Positions 10,634-20,575 of a stretch of DNA of 64,000 bases are shown one piece after another. Below the pieces are notes generated by a model. That model worked only from the letters and a program-made list of their open reading frames with translations, was not told where the DNA came from and made no database searches. The DNA is from Actinomycetota bacterium. GTDB taxonomy: Bacteria; Actinomycetota; Actinomycetes; Actinomycetales; Microbacteriaceae. Every line of letters starts with the position of its first letter. Position 1 is the stretch's first letter. The stretch is taken from the NCBI GenBank assembly GCA_009698805.1, contig WLPL01000002.1:305-64304 (forward strand). Direction: 5' to 3'. Both the position numbers and the translations under genes were made by a program.

Positions 10634-10868
10634 TTTTTGTCCTCCTGGACTTGTAAATGTATTGACGGTGTGTCGCTCTAACGATAAACCCCTGTGTTTA
10701 TAAGGGGTTTATTTGTTTCGGCGTGTTGCACCCTTTATTTATAGGCGTTTTTGGCGCCAATCGTGAAGAGAATCGCGAATTATCACCGCGGCCACGATGC
10801 AAGGACCCAAAATAATGAACCGCCAGCCTCAGCCAAACCCTAAATATGTTGCGCCGCCGAGGTCGGTT

Positions 10869-10904
10869 AAGAAGAAAGCCGCCACCCGAAGGTGACGGCT
10901 TTCT
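10869..10904 (-). terminator. Intrinsic terminator after rpsN
   Basis: AGAAAGCCGTCACC-TTCG-GGTGGCGGCTTTCT hairpin with T-rich tail. Confidence 0.8.
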
Positions 10905-10916
10905 CGCAAAAACTTT

Positions 10917-11222
10917 TTACCAAGAAGACTTGGTGATACCGGGCAGCTCACCCTTGTGAGCCATGTCACGGAAGCGAACACGCGATACGCCGAACTTGGC
11001 GAGGTAACCGCGAGGGCGACCATCGATTGCGTCACGTCCGCGAACGCGAACTGGCGATGCGTCACGAGGAAGCTTCTGTAGGCCTAGACGTGCTGCTTCG
11101 CGCTGCTCGTCAGTGCTGTTTGGGTCAACGAGTGCCTTCTTTAGTGCGAGGCGCTTCTCTGCGTAGCGCTCGACGATAACCTTGCGCTGCTCGTTTTTAG
11201 CGATCTTGCTTTTCTTAGCCAT
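10917..11222 (-). CDS. rpsN: 30S ribosomal protein S14 (101 aa, Zn-free type)
   Basis: [13 protein letters not shown]...LPRDASPVR...[11 protein letters not shown]; no Cys. Confidence 0.97.
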   Translation of the reverse strand: MAKKSKIAKNEQRKVIVERYAEKRLALKKALVDPNSTDEQREAARLGLQKLPRDASPVRVRGRDAIDGRPRGYLAKFGVSRVRFRDMAHKGELPGITKSSW

Positions 11223-11225
11223 GGA

Positions 11226-11417
11226 TTAACGCTCCTCGCGGAATTCGACGTGCTTGCGCACTACTGGGTCGTACTTCTTTAGAACCATGCGGTCCGGGTC
11301 GTTGCGACGGTTCTTCTTGGTCACGTAGGTGAAGCCAGTCGGGCGACCGGTCTCCTCGTTGATTGCGGTTGAACGCATCTTGATGATCGGACGAACGTCC
11401 TTGTCTTTCTTAGCCAT
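11226..11417 (-). CDS. rpmG: 50S ribosomal protein L33 (Zn-free type)
   Basis: [11 protein letters not shown]...[13 protein letters not shown]...[17 protein letters not shown]. Confidence 0.95.
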   Translation of the reverse strand: MAKKDKDVRPIIKMRSTAINEETGRPTGFTYVTKKNRRNDPDRMVLKKYDPVVRKHVEFREER

Positions 11418-11430
11418 TTAGCCGATCTCC

Positions 11431-11667
11431 TTAAATCTTCTCGCCGCGAGCGCGAATCTCGGCAACTACTGCCTCGATACCGCGAACGTCGATGACCTTG
11501 ATGCCGCGAGCTGAGAGGCTCAGGGTTACGTTGCGCTTCAGTGAAGGAACAAAGTAGGTCTTCTTCTGGATGTTCGGGTTAAAGCGACGCTTGGTCTTGT
11601 TCTGAGCGTGCGAAACAGCGTGGCCGAACTGAGGGCCAGTCTGAGTCACCTGACAGTAGGCTGCCAT
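11431..11667 (-). CDS. rpmB: 50S ribosomal protein L28
   Basis: MAAYCQVT...[17 protein letters not shown]; ATG 11667 after AAAGGAG. Confidence 0.96.
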   Translation of the reverse strand: MAAYCQVTQTGPQFGHAVSHAQNKTKRRFNPNIQKKTYFVPSLKRNVTLSLSARGIKVIDVRGIEAVVAEIRARGEKI

Positions 11668-11759
11668 TTTTTCTCCTTTAGGCAAGCCACGTTGCGCCTC
11701 GAATGAGGAATTCGCTTTTGGCTTGGATGAAATCATTGGTTGCACTAGGCAACTGCTCA

Positions 11760-11789
11760 AGTTTAGGCGAGAAAACAACCCTTAAGCAA
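11760..11789 (-). promoter_or_regulatory. Putative housekeeping promoter of rpmB-rpmG-rpsN
   Basis: TTGCTT-N18-TAAACT on the minus strand. Confidence 0.55.
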
Positions 11790-11802
11790 GTCCTAGTTTT
11801 CT

Positions 11803-12183
11803 TTAACAGTCTTCGCAGACGCCAAAAATCTCAACGGTGTGGCTTGGTTCGCGAAAACCGTGCTGTTTTGCCACCTTTTCGGCCCACGCTTCGACCTCAT
11901 GCGCCTCGATTTCGACGGTTTTGCCGCAGTTTTTGCAGATCAGGTGGTGGTGGTGTTCGGTGGTGCAGGCTCGGTAGAGCAGCTCGCCTTCTTGAGATTG
12001 CAGCGAGTCTGCCTCGCCGTTCGCGGCTAGGTCGGCGAGCGCTCGATAAACCGTTGCCAGCCCGATGGTTGAACCATGATTGCGCAGCACCAGGTGAAGC
12101 TCCTGCGCCGAAACGAAACCGGTGGCTTCGCCAAGCGCGTGCTTCACGGCATCCTTCTGCCAGGTGTTTCTCTTGACGGTCAC
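11803..12183 (-). CDS. zur: Fur-family regulator, probably Zur
   Basis: GTG start (VTVKRNTWQK); IGLATVYRAL, HHHHLICKNC, CEDC; last gene of the Zn ABC operon. Confidence 0.88.
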   Translation of the reverse strand: MTVKRNTWQKDAVKHALGEATGFVSAQELHLVLRNHGSTIGLATVYRALADLAANGEADSLQSQEGELLYRACTTEHHHHLICKNCGKTVEIEAHEVEAWAEKVAKQHGFREPSHTVEIFGVCEDC

Positions 12184-13004
12184 TTGCGCACCTTCCTCGC
12201 GTAGGCGACGAGTCGGCAAACCAGGTAAATCGCGAACGAAATCGAGGTGATGTATGGACTGATCGGCAGGCCACCACCGAGAGCCAGCAGGATTCCGCCG
12301 ACCGAAGACGTTAGGGCGAAGGCAACGCTGAGCACCGGAGCCAGCTTGGGTGATGACGTGACGCGCAGAGCGGCCGCGGCTGGAGTTACCAGCAGCGAAA
12401 GCACGAGCAGGGCACCGACCACTTGGACGCTGGCAGCGACCGCGAGACCCAACAGCACCAAGAAGATGACAGAGAGTGCGCCGGTCTTCACACCACGAGC
12501 TGCGGCAACCTCGGGGTCGAGCGATGCGAAAGACAGCGGACGCCAAATGATCACGAGCGAAAGAATTACAAGAATCGCGATTCCAGCCAACCACTCGAGC
12601 GAGGTGCCATTGACCGAGACAATCTGGCCGGTGAGCAGCCCGAACTTGTTTGAGGCTCTACCCGGGTAGAGCGAGAGGGCGAGGATTCCGAGCCCTAGCC
12701 CGAAAGGCATCAACACAGCGATGATCGAGTTGCGATCCTTGGCTCTCGAACCGAGCACCCCGATGATTAGGGCGGCCACGAGCGAACCCGCAATCGAACC
12801 GGCGACTACGTCGGCTCCCAGGAGCAACGCAATCGAAGCCCCAGCGAACGAAAGCTCGCTGACACCGTGAACCGCAAACGACATGTCGCGAGTCATCACG
12901 AAGATGCCGATCAGACCACCGACCAAACCGAGTAATGCTGCAGCGATAAGAGAGTTGGTGACCAGCGGAATCAACTGGTCGTAGTTCGCGAAGTCGAAAA
13001 TCAT
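12180..13004 (-). CDS. znuB: Zn/Mn ABC transporter permease
   Basis: ABC-3 family: FAVHGVSELSFAG, DPEVAAARG, VGALLVLSLLVTPAAAA. Confidence 0.9.
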   Translation of the reverse strand: MIFDFANYDQLIPLVTNSLIAAALLGLVGGLIGIFVMTRDMSFAVHGVSELSFAGASIALLLGADVVAGSIAGSLVAALIIGVLGSRAKDRNSIIAVLMPFGLGLGILALSLYPGRASNKFGLLTGQIVSVNGTSLEWLAGIAILVILSLVIIWRPLSFASLDPEVAAARGVKTGALSVIFLVLLGLAVAASVQVVGALLVLSLLVTPAAAALRVTSSPKLAPVLSVAFALTSSVGGILLALGGGLPISPYITSISFAIYLVCRLVAYARKVRK

Positions 13005-13798
13005 TTCCAGTCCTCCTCCGGGTGATGTTCGTGGCTATGGCTGCCGACAACCACGATGCGTCCCTGGTTTCGAACCACGTCAATCTCGGTTTCGTAAAGC
13101 TCGCTCAAAACCTCGGAGCGCATGACCTCGTCTGGCGTGCCGATTCGGTATTGGCCGTTCGCCAAGTAGAGAACGCGATCGACCATCGACAAAATCGGGT
13201 TCACGTCGTGAGTCACAAACAAAACCGCAGCGCTGTGCTCCTTGCGCTCCTGGTCGAGTAGGTCGGCAATGATCTTCTGCTGTGCCGGGTCGAGTGCGCT
13301 CAGCGGTTCGTCGGCGAGAATCAGGTCTGGCTCGTCAATCACAGCCTGGCCGACTCTAAATCTTTGTAATTCGCCGCCCGAGAGCTCGCCAATCGGCTTG
13401 CGCGCCAGGTCGAACCCGTTGATGCAACCAAGAATGTGTTCGACTCGAGCACGATCTTTGCGAGCGCTGAAGCTGATGCCGTACCGGTGACCAGTGAGTC
13501 CTAGGGTGAGAAGGTCGCGAGCGAGAAGAGGCGTGGACGAATCCACCGAACGGTGCTGAGGAATGTATCCAATGTTGCGTGAGCCGTGCTTAATCGGCTT
13601 ACCAGCAATCGAAATCTTGCCGGAATCAAGCTTCTGTTGCCCGAGAATCGCCTTCAGGAGAGTTGTCTTGCCCGACCCGTTGGTACCGAGCACAGCGATG
13701 AATTCACCCGGAGCGATCTCTAGGTCGAGGTTTTGCCAGAGTGCCTTCTCGCCGAACGAGAGCGAGGCGTTTTTGACGCTCAAAACCGAGTTACTCAA
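13001..13798 (-). CDS. znuC: Zn/Mn ABC transporter ATP-binding protein
   Basis: GTNGSGKT, LSGGELQR, ADEP; His-rich C-terminus. Confidence 0.9.
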   Translation of the reverse strand: MSNSVLSVKNASLSFGEKALWQNLDLEIAPGEFIAVLGTNGSGKTTLLKAILGQQKLDSGKISIAGKPIKHGSRNIGYIPQHRSVDSSTPLLARDLLTLGLTGHRYGISFSARKDRARVEHILGCINGFDLARKPIGELSGGELQRFRVGQAVIDEPDLILADEPLSALDPAQQKIIADLLDQERKEHSAAVLFVTHDVNPILSMVDRVLYLANGQYRIGTPDEVMRSEVLSELYETEIDVVRNQGRIVVVGSHSHEHHPEEDWK

Positions 13799-14658
13799 AA
13801 CTTGCCGCCAATCATCGTGATCGCTCCATCGATCATGTCGAGGTAATTGCCTCCGTACTCGCCGGTGTCTGGGTCCTGCGGCAAAAGCTCACCGAAACCG
13901 AACTCGCCTACATGACCCGATTCCAATTGGCTGATCTGACTCGAGGTGACCGAGATGTTCGAGGCCAAAACTGTTCCTGGCACGGCGAGCGCTTTCTTCG
14001 CCTGCTGCATGACCGCTGGCGATACGTCACGCTCCTCTTCTATGGCCTTCGAGAAGGCAAGCGGTGTCACGTTGATGCAACCGGCGTCGTCCAAGAGGTA
14101 ATCAATAACCGGTTCGGTTGCAAAAACTCGACCACAAGTATTCGCGACCTTAAGAGCATTGAGCTTTCCCTTTAGCTCAGCCAAAGACGACTTGAAGCTC
14201 GCCAGCGAAGAGCCGGTGTTTTGAACCGCACTTGAAATCGCCTCAGCGACTGCGCCAACCTGGTCAACGTCATACCAAATGTGTTCGTTTCGAGATTTAT
14301 CAGTTCCCGAAACGTCGAAGGCATTGACCACGATCGCCGGAGTTGGGTCGGCGGCAACGAGCTTGGTCATGAAGTCGTCGTAGCCACCACCGTTCATGAT
14401 CACCACTTCGGCGTTATTCACTGCCAGCTGGTCGCGGGCCGATGGCTCGAACGAGTGCGGGTCTTGGCTGGAGTTGTAGATCAGAGCCGTGACGGTGGCG
14501 GTATCGCCAACCACAAGATTGGCAACCGAACCCCAGACGTCGGTGCTTGCCACGATCTTGATCGGGCCGGTGCCCGCGCTCCACGGCTTAGGTTCAACGC
14601 TCGTGCAGCCGCTGAGTAACAGCGCCGCGCCAATGAGTAGCCCTAGTTTTCTGAACAC
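13795..14658 (-). CDS. znuA: Zn/Mn ABC substrate-binding lipoprotein
   Basis: Lipobox LSGC; DPHSFEPS, NGGGYD, NEHIWY. Confidence 0.9.
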   Translation of the reverse strand: MFRKLGLLIGAALLLSGCTSVEPKPWSAGTGPIKIVASTDVWGSVANLVVGDTATVTALIYNSSQDPHSFEPSARDQLAVNNAEVVIMNGGGYDDFMTKLVAADPTPAIVVNAFDVSGTDKSRNEHIWYDVDQVGAVAEAISSAVQNTGSSLASFKSSLAELKGKLNALKVANTCGRVFATEPVIDYLLDDAGCINVTPLAFSKAIEEERDVSPAVMQQAKKALAVPGTVLASNISVTSSQISQLESGHVGEFGFGELLPQDPDTGEYGGNYLDMIDGAITMIGGKF

Positions 14659-14674
14659 CCGTCCAGACTAAGGC

Positions 14675-14697
14675 TTATTGATAATGAATGTCAATAA
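14675..14697. promoter_or_regulatory. Zur box
   Basis: TTATTGATAATGAATGTCAATAA palindrome resembling the actinobacterial Zur consensus, next to a TAGTCT -10 upstream of znuA. Confidence 0.85.
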
Positions 14698-14700
14698 CTT

Positions 14701-15456
14701 CTAGAAACCGGGGCTTAATGCTGCGTAAAGCACGACAAAAATGATTCCAAAAACGAAACCAAGCCCGATAAAGACGTAACCGAGGATTAGGCCGGTCTTA
14801 GCCATTCCGATGTTCTGCGACGAAATGAGCCCCTGCTTCATCTGGCTCAATGAGATGTGCCCAACGATAACGCCACCCAGCGGCACAACGAACGCGAGGA
14901 TCAAGGCGATCTATGGCAAGTTGCTCTGAATCCCGCCTGTGGGAGCTATTGGTTGGCCGGTGCGTGGGTCAAAAGCGCCAACGGCTGCTGGGATAGTGAC
15001 TGTTGGAGAGGCAACATCTGGCTTTGCCGAAAAAGCACCCGCTGCAACTAGGCTGGCGCCGATAAGGCTAATGAAGACCGAAGTTGAAGCAGCGATGCGC
15101 CCTGGGCCACCATAAGTTTGGAAGAACGCCTCTAGGAATGGGCTTCCTTGAGTTAGCCAAAAGAGGTTTAGGCCAATCGCGCATACCGGGCCGGCAACGA
15201 TCAAGATAATCGCAGGCACACCAAGTACCTTTGGGGTCTTTGCAACGAAAGCCCAGATTGCTAGACCTGCCGAGGACACGGTAATCACGATCATCGAAAA
15301 AATGTCAATAACGGTGGCTGGAACGAAGGTGTTATCGACGTTGGTTAGCCAGTCGAAAGTGTTTGGCAATGATATCAGGTTGTCTATAGAGGCAAGACTG
15401 GCCAAAGCCAAGAAAATCCCACCGATCAGAATCTGTGGTTTTTGTGTTGCGCGCAT
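14701..15456 (-). pseudogene. Membrane protein with C-terminal DUF4190, split by an in-frame TAG (14911-14913)
   Basis: ORFs 14911..15456 and 14701..14904 share a frame: ...GGIQSNLP*IALILAFVVPLGGVIVGHISLSQMK...AKTGLILGY. Confidence 0.7.
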
Positions 15457-15473
15457 TTGATTCCCCTTTTTAT

Positions 15474-16805
15474 TTAGTCAAGCAGCAGAGCTGGCTCTTC
15501 GATTACAGATGCTACGTCTTGAACGAAACGGCTCGCAACGTCTCCGTCAACGACGCGATGGTCAAACGTTGCACCGATTGTGGTGACCTGGCGAACCTGA
15601 ATCTCGTTGTTGACTACCCAAGGCTTCGGGCGAATCGAGCCGAGGGCAACGATTGCTACTTCGCCTGGGTTGAGAATCGGGGTTCCGGTGTCGACGCCGA
15701 AGACGCCGATGTTGGTGATGGTGATCGTGCCATCCTTCATGTCGGCAGGGGTGGTCTTGCCTTCGCGAGCGGTTGCGGCCAGCTGTTCAATCGCCATGGC
15801 GAGTTCGAGCATCGACATCTGTTCGGCGTCCTTGATGTTCGGAACAAGCAGGCCTCGAGGGGTTGCTGCTGCGATGCCGAAGTTGACGAAGTTGTGAACG
15901 ATGATCTCTTCGGCGGTGAAGGTTGAGTTGACCATTGGGTTGCGGCGAATCGCCCAGATCATTGCCTTGGCCATGATCAATAGCGGGGTGACCTTGACGC
16001 CGGCGAAGTCGGTCGAGGCTTTTAGGCGCTTGACGTATTCCATGGTGCGGGTGGCGTCGACGTCGACGAAGATGCTGACGTGAGGGGCGGTGAATGCGCT
16101 CGAGACCATCGCGCTGGCGATTGCCTTGCGAATGCCCTTGACCGGGATTCGCTCTTCGCGTTCGCTCGGGGCTGCCGGAGTGGTGAGGTTTCTGAAAACC
16201 TTGGCTTGGGTTGCGCCGCCGACGATGTCGTCGCGAGTGATCTCGCCGCCGGGGCCGGTGCCGGTGACCTGGCTGAGGTCGACGTTGAGGTCTTTGGCTA
16301 GCTTGCGCACCGGTGGTTTGGCGATGACTTCGCCACCTGTGGCTGCAACAGCTGCCTCAACTACCAGTGGGATTGCGGTGGTTGCTGGGGCCACGGCTCC
16401 GCCTCGGCGGCGACGGGATCCACCAAGAGAGTGAGAGACGCCATAGCCAACAAGGTTTGGCTGCTTCTCGTCGGTGCTAACGCTCGCTGCGGCATCGGCT
16501 ACTGCCTGGTGCACGCTAGATGACTGCTCGGCTACTGCGACTGCGCTGGTGACTGCGCCATCGGCGATGGTGACGCTGATGATCGGCTTGCCGACCTCTG
16601 CGGTGTCGCCCTCTTTATAGAAGAGTTCTGCGACGGTGCCGGCGAAAGGGCAAGGAAGTTCTACTAGAGACTTTGCGGTTTCGATTTCGACGATGATCTG
16701 GTTGACCTTGACGGTGTCGCCAGGCTTCACCTTCCAAGAAACAATCTCGGCTTCGGTTAGGCCTTCGCCGACGTCTGGGAGAGGAAAGTTAGCAATAGTT
16801 GACAT
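15474..16805 (-). CDS. 2-oxoacid dehydrogenase E2 (dihydrolipoamide acyltransferase)
   Basis: Lipoyl domain ([13 protein letters not shown]), E3-binding domain, DHRVVDG. Confidence 0.95.
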   Translation of the reverse strand: MSTIANFPLPDVGEGLTEAEIVSWKVKPGDTVKVNQIIVEIETAKSLVELPCPFAGTVAELFYKEGDTAEVGKPIISVTIADGAVTSAVAVAEQSSSVHQAVADAAASVSTDEKQPNLVGYGVSHSLGGSRRRRGGAVAPATTAIPLVVEAAVAATGGEVIAKPPVRKLAKDLNVDLSQVTGTGPGGEITRDDIVGGATQAKVFRNLTTPAAPSEREERIPVKGIRKAIASAMVSSAFTAPHVSIFVDVDATRTMEYVKRLKASTDFAGVKVTPLLIMAKAMIWAIRRNPMVNSTFTAEEIIVHNFVNFGIAAATPRGLLVPNIKDAEQMSMLELAMAIEQLAATAREGKTTPADMKDGTITITNIGVFGVDTGTPILNPGEVAIVALGSIRPKPWVVNNEIQVRQVTTIGATFDHRVVDGDVASRFVQDVASVIEEPALLLD

Positions 16806-16813
16806 CGAAACTC

Positions 16814-17797
16814 CTAATAAGCCAATAGTCGGTCGACGGCTTCGAGAATGCGGTCGGCGTCTGGAAGGAACAGCTCTTCGAGCTTTGCTGCAGGGTAAGG
16901 AACGTCGAATCCGCCGACCCGAAGCACAGGCGCTTCAAGGTGATAGAACGCTTCTTCGGTGACACGAGCGGCAATCTCGCTCGAAAGGCTGATGTTGATG
17001 CTGTCCTCGTGGGCGACGATCAGGCGGCCGGTCTTCTTAACCGAGTTGATTATCGTAGAGAAGTCGATCGGGCTGAGCGAGCGTAGGTCGATTACCTCGA
17101 TGCTGGTGCCCTCTTCGGCGGCCATCTCGGCGGCTTGCAGGGCGGTGGCGGTCATCGGGCCGTAGGTTGCGAGGGTCAGGTTGGTGCCTTCGCGAAGAAC
17201 TCTCGCTTGGTAGGTCGGCTGCGGTGGCTCGTCGAGATTGACCGGGCCCTTCTGCCAGTAGCGACGCTTCGGTTCGAAGAACATCACCGGGTCGGTCGAG
17301 GCGATTGCCTCCTGAATCATCCAGTAGGCGTCGTTCGGGTTGCTCGGAGTGATCACTCGAAGCCCGGCCGTCCTGGCGAAATAGGCTTCTGGGCTTTCGG
17401 AGTGGTGCTCGACAGCGCCGATGCCGCCGCCGTAGGGCACACGAATCACGACAGGCATGTTCATGAAACCTTCGGAGCGATTCTGGAGCTTAGCCAGCTG
17501 AGTGGTGATCTGGTTGAAGGCGGGGAATATGAAGCCGTCGAACTGGATCTCGGCAACCGGGCGGTAGCCGCGCATGGCGAGGCCGATCGACGTGCCCACA
17601 ATGCCGGCTTCGGCGATCGGAGAGTTGAAGATTCGCTTGTCGCCGAACTCGGCGTGAAGGCCTTCGGTTACGCGGAACACGCCACCGAGCTGGGCGACGT
17701 CCTGGCCGAAAACTAGGACCTTTGGGTTTTCGAGCATCGCTTTGCGCAGGCCGGCGGCGATCGCCTTAGCGATTGAGAGTTCAACTATGTTGCTCAC
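16814..17797 (-). CDS. 2-oxoacid (branched-chain/pyruvate) dehydrogenase E1 beta
   Basis: [26 protein letters not shown]. Confidence 0.95.
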   Translation of the reverse strand: MSNIVELSIAKAIAAGLRKAMLENPKVLVFGQDVAQLGGVFRVTEGLHAEFGDKRIFNSPIAEAGIVGTSIGLAMRGYRPVAEIQFDGFIFPAFNQITTQLAKLQNRSEGFMNMPVVIRVPYGGGIGAVEHHSESPEAYFARTAGLRVITPSNPNDAYWMIQEAIASTDPVMFFEPKRRYWQKGPVNLDEPPQPTYQARVLREGTNLTLATYGPMTATALQAAEMAAEEGTSIEVIDLRSLSPIDFSTIINSVKKTGRLIVAHEDSINISLSSEIAARVTEEAFYHLEAPVLRVGGFDVPYPAAKLEELFLPDADRILEAVDRLLAY

Positions 17798-18930
17798 TAG
17801 TTGCCCTCCTCAAACGAGGCCTCGTAGCGCTTGAGCCATTCGAGCTGTTCGTCGATTCTCGGGTGTGGCTCTGAGTAGACGTGGTTGAACATGTTTTCGA
17901 AGGGTGGCTCTTTGAGGGCGAAGGTTGCCTCACGAATCTCGGTTGCAAGATCCTCACCACTCTGCTCGACCTCGGCGAAGAAGGCGTCGCCGACACCTTG
18001 GCGGCGAAGGAACTTTTCGAAGCGAGCCAGTGGGTCGCGAGCGGTCCAGTAATCGACCTGCTCTTGGTCGCGGTATTTGGTCGGGTCATCGCTCGAGGTG
18101 TGAGCGCCGATTCGATAGGTGAGAGCCTCGATAAAGAACGGGCCGCTGCCTTCTCGGGCGTCGTCCATGTGTTTCGCGGTAACCGCATAGCTGGCTAGGA
18201 CGTCGTTGCCATCGATTCGAATACCGGGGACGCCGAAGCCCGAACCGCGAAGATAAAGAGGAACCTTGGTCTGAGATTCGGTTGGGCTCGAAATGGCCCA
18301 CTGGTTGTTTTGGCAGAAGAACACGATTGGGCTGTTGTTGGTGGCGGCAAAAAGTAAAGATTCGCTGACTTCGCCCTCGGCGGTTGCGCCGTCGCCAACG
18401 TAGGTGATGACCGCGAGATCCTCGTCTTTGTTGCCGGTGCCAACCTTGCCGTCGAACGCGACGCCCATTGCGTAGCCGGTCGCGTGAACCGTCTGGGTGC
18501 CGAGCACGATTGCGTAGAGGTGGAAGCGGGTTTCTTCTGGGTTCCAGCCGCCGTGGTTCACACCGCGGAGCATCTTGAGAATCGACATCATTTCGACGTC
18601 GTGGGTGATCGCGACACCGTGTTCGCGATAGGTCGGGAAGATGTGGTCGTTGCGGCCGACGCCGTACCCTGAACCAATCTGGGCGGCCTCCTGGCCGATG
18701 GCCGGAATCCAGAGGCCGAGCTGGCCCTGGCGCTGAAGGGCGTGGGCTTCAACATCGAAGCGGCGCATGCGAGCCATGTCGCGATAAAACTTTAGGTAGT
18801 CGTCTTCGGTTAGGGCATCGAGATACTTGCCGTATGCCTCAAGGCCCTTCGAAACGCTGAATTCGCCCTCAGGTGTCAGAAACTGAACCATTGGTGCGTT
18901 GTTCGAGGCTTGTGCGGTCACGAAGTCCAA
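17797..18930 (-). CDS. 2-oxoacid dehydrogenase E1 alpha
   Basis: GQEAAQIG, ThDP motif GDGA...QNNQWAIS, HTSSDDPTKYR; true start may be GTG 18921. Confidence 0.95.
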   Translation of the reverse strand: MDFVTAQASNNAPMVQFLTPEGEFSVSKGLEAYGKYLDALTEDDYLKFYRDMARMRRFDVEAHALQRQGQLGLWIPAIGQEAAQIGSGYGVGRNDHIFPTYREHGVAITHDVEMMSILKMLRGVNHGGWNPEETRFHLYAIVLGTQTVHATGYAMGVAFDGKVGTGNKDEDLAVITYVGDGATAEGEVSESLLFAATNNSPIVFFCQNNQWAISSPTESQTKVPLYLRGSGFGVPGIRIDGNDVLASYAVTAKHMDDAREGSGPFFIEALTYRIGAHTSSDDPTKYRDQEQVDYWTARDPLARFEKFLRRQGVGDAFFAEVEQSGEDLATEIREATFALKEPPFENMFNHVYSEPHPRIDEQLEWLKRYEASFEEGN

Positions 18931-18959
18931 TTTACTTGGTCTAGTGGCACAATGCTCAT

Positions 18960-19388
18960 ATGAAGCGTTTTCTTATAACGGCCGTAATCGACGCAATCGG
19001 CCTTTTCGTAGTCACCTCCTTGATTCCAGCCATCGCGTTACAGCCCTACGGTGGCGACTCGCTCTGGACGAGAATCCTGTCCTACGTGTTCGTCGGTGCG
19101 ATTTTTGGGTTGGTCAACTCGATCATCGCTCCAATCGTCAAAGTGGTCGCGTTTCCTATCTACCTGCTGACCTTCGGGCTCATCTCGGTGGTAATCAACG
19201 GAGCCCTGTTCTTGTTCGTGGCCTGGCTCTCAAGCCTTTTCGCCGACAAGATTTTCACGATCAACGGTTTCACTAGCGAAGGTTTGACCGTTGGTTCACT
19301 TGGTTGGGCAATCTTGGGTGCTTTGATCATGAGCGTGTTCTCGTTCATCGCCAAGGCCACTTCTAGAAAAAAGTCGCGCGACAACTAG
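18960..19388 (+). CDS. Phage holin family 4_2 (YvlD-like) membrane protein
   Basis: 4 TM; FGLVNSIIAPIVKVVAFPIYLLTFGL...VINGAL. Confidence 0.85.
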   Translation: MKRFLITAVIDAIGLFVVTSLIPAIALQPYGGDSLWTRILSYVFVGAIFGLVNSIIAPIVKVVAFPIYLLTFGLISVVINGALFLFVAWLSSLFADKIFTINGFTSEGLTVGSLGWAILGALIMSVFSFIAKATSRKKSRDN

Positions 19389-20575
19389 CGATTAAATTCG
19401 TAGGTTTGCGTCTCGGTTAGTTCACTGTCTTTCAGTTGACCGACGATTAGGTCTCTAACTCTGCTCGCACCGAGCATCTTGGTCTGATCAACTTCTCGCA
19501 GGGTGCCGAAGTAATTCTCAAGTTCGTGAGCCTCGATTGCAGGAACCCCGAGGTGAAGCTTTGCCTCCGCCGAAACAGTTGCCCAGTTTTCGGTTAGCGA
19601 ATTAACCCGACCTGTCGCCGCTGGAACCGGGTCGTTGCTGTTCTCAATCGAAAGAACTGGGATGCCCGAAGGTAGGTTTACTTGCCCGATTGGTGAGCCG
19701 ATGGTGATCACTCCGGTGACATCGAACCTGCCGGATGCTGCAAGTTCGGCCGCCGCTATGCCACCGAGAGAGTAACCAGCGAAGATCACGTGCGCACCAT
19801 TTGCTCCTGCCGAATCAAGAGCTCCCGAAATCGCCTTGAGAAGTTGCGACTGATCTGGATTCGCTGCCAACGTGGCATCCGTGGTGACATCGAACGGGTT
19901 TGACCCGGCAATCGGCAAAAGCGACTGAGTGCCCGGCAGGTAAACCAGCATGGTCTTTTGGCCATCGCCTCCAACATAGGTATCGATTCGAATCTGGTGC
20001 TTGAACCGGTTTACTTCTTCTATTTGTCGACCAATCTCGGTAACCGACCCGACTGGAGCGCTACTTCTGCTTGCTATTTGGCGAAACTGAACCGGCCGAT
20101 CGACCAAGAGCCCGCGCCGGTTGGCTTTGGCAAGCTCGCTTTCCAAATTAACGGTGGAGGCCAGCGCGCCGGTTGCCTGCTTGCCGAAATTGCCAGGCGC
20201 AAGTTGCGCCACGGCAAAGGCGCTGAGACCCGCAACCTCTATTTCTCTCAGGGTGGATTTCGGAATCAGGTGCAACAGCCAAGGATGTTTTTGCAGGGCG
20301 TGGCCAACCGCTTCTAGTGTGTGCGAAACCCTGGCCTCGGTGGTGAAGTAGTTTTCGGCCGCAATCGACAAGGCCAACCTGGTCTTTTGCACGCGGTATC
20401 CGAGCAAAGGAAGCTGGCTGTCTAGTTGCAATCGAGCAATCGGATCCGGCAAGAAATTCAGGCTGTGCAAAACAAGTTGGCTGCCCACCAGGTGAAGATG
20501 CGCCCCGATGCGATCTATTTCGGCGCGACTGGCCACCACCGCGGGGTCGCCGCCGTAACCGACTAGCCCAGCCAT
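19385..20575 (-). CDS. Alpha/beta-hydrolase (lipase-like) with helical N-terminal extension
   Basis: VYLPGT, GYSLGG, ITIGSP, NDPVP, EAH catalytic-triad pattern. Confidence 0.8.
   Translation of the reverse strand: MAGLVGYGGDPAVVASRAEIDRIGAHLHLVGSQLVLHSLNFLPDPIARLQLDSQLPLLGYRVQKTRLALSIAAENYFTTEARVSHTLEAVGHALQKHPWLLHLIPKSTLREIEVAGLSAFAVAQLAPGNFGKQATGALASTVNLESELAKANRRGLLVDRPVQFRQIASRSSAPVGSVTEIGRQIEEVNRFKHQIRIDTYVGGDGQKTMLVYLPGTQSLLPIAGSNPFDVTTDATLAANPDQSQLLKAISGALDSAGANGAHVIFAGYSLGGIAAAELAASGRFDVTGVITIGSPIGQVNLPSGIPVLSIENSNDPVPAATGRVNSLTENWATVSAEAKLHLGVPAIEAHELENYFGTLREVDQTKMLGASRVRDLIVGQLKDSELTETQTYEFNR

Noticed and set aside
18960-19388. Holin-family gene as evidence of a prophage
   Set aside because: This family is common in chromosomes, and no phage or integrase genes are nearby.
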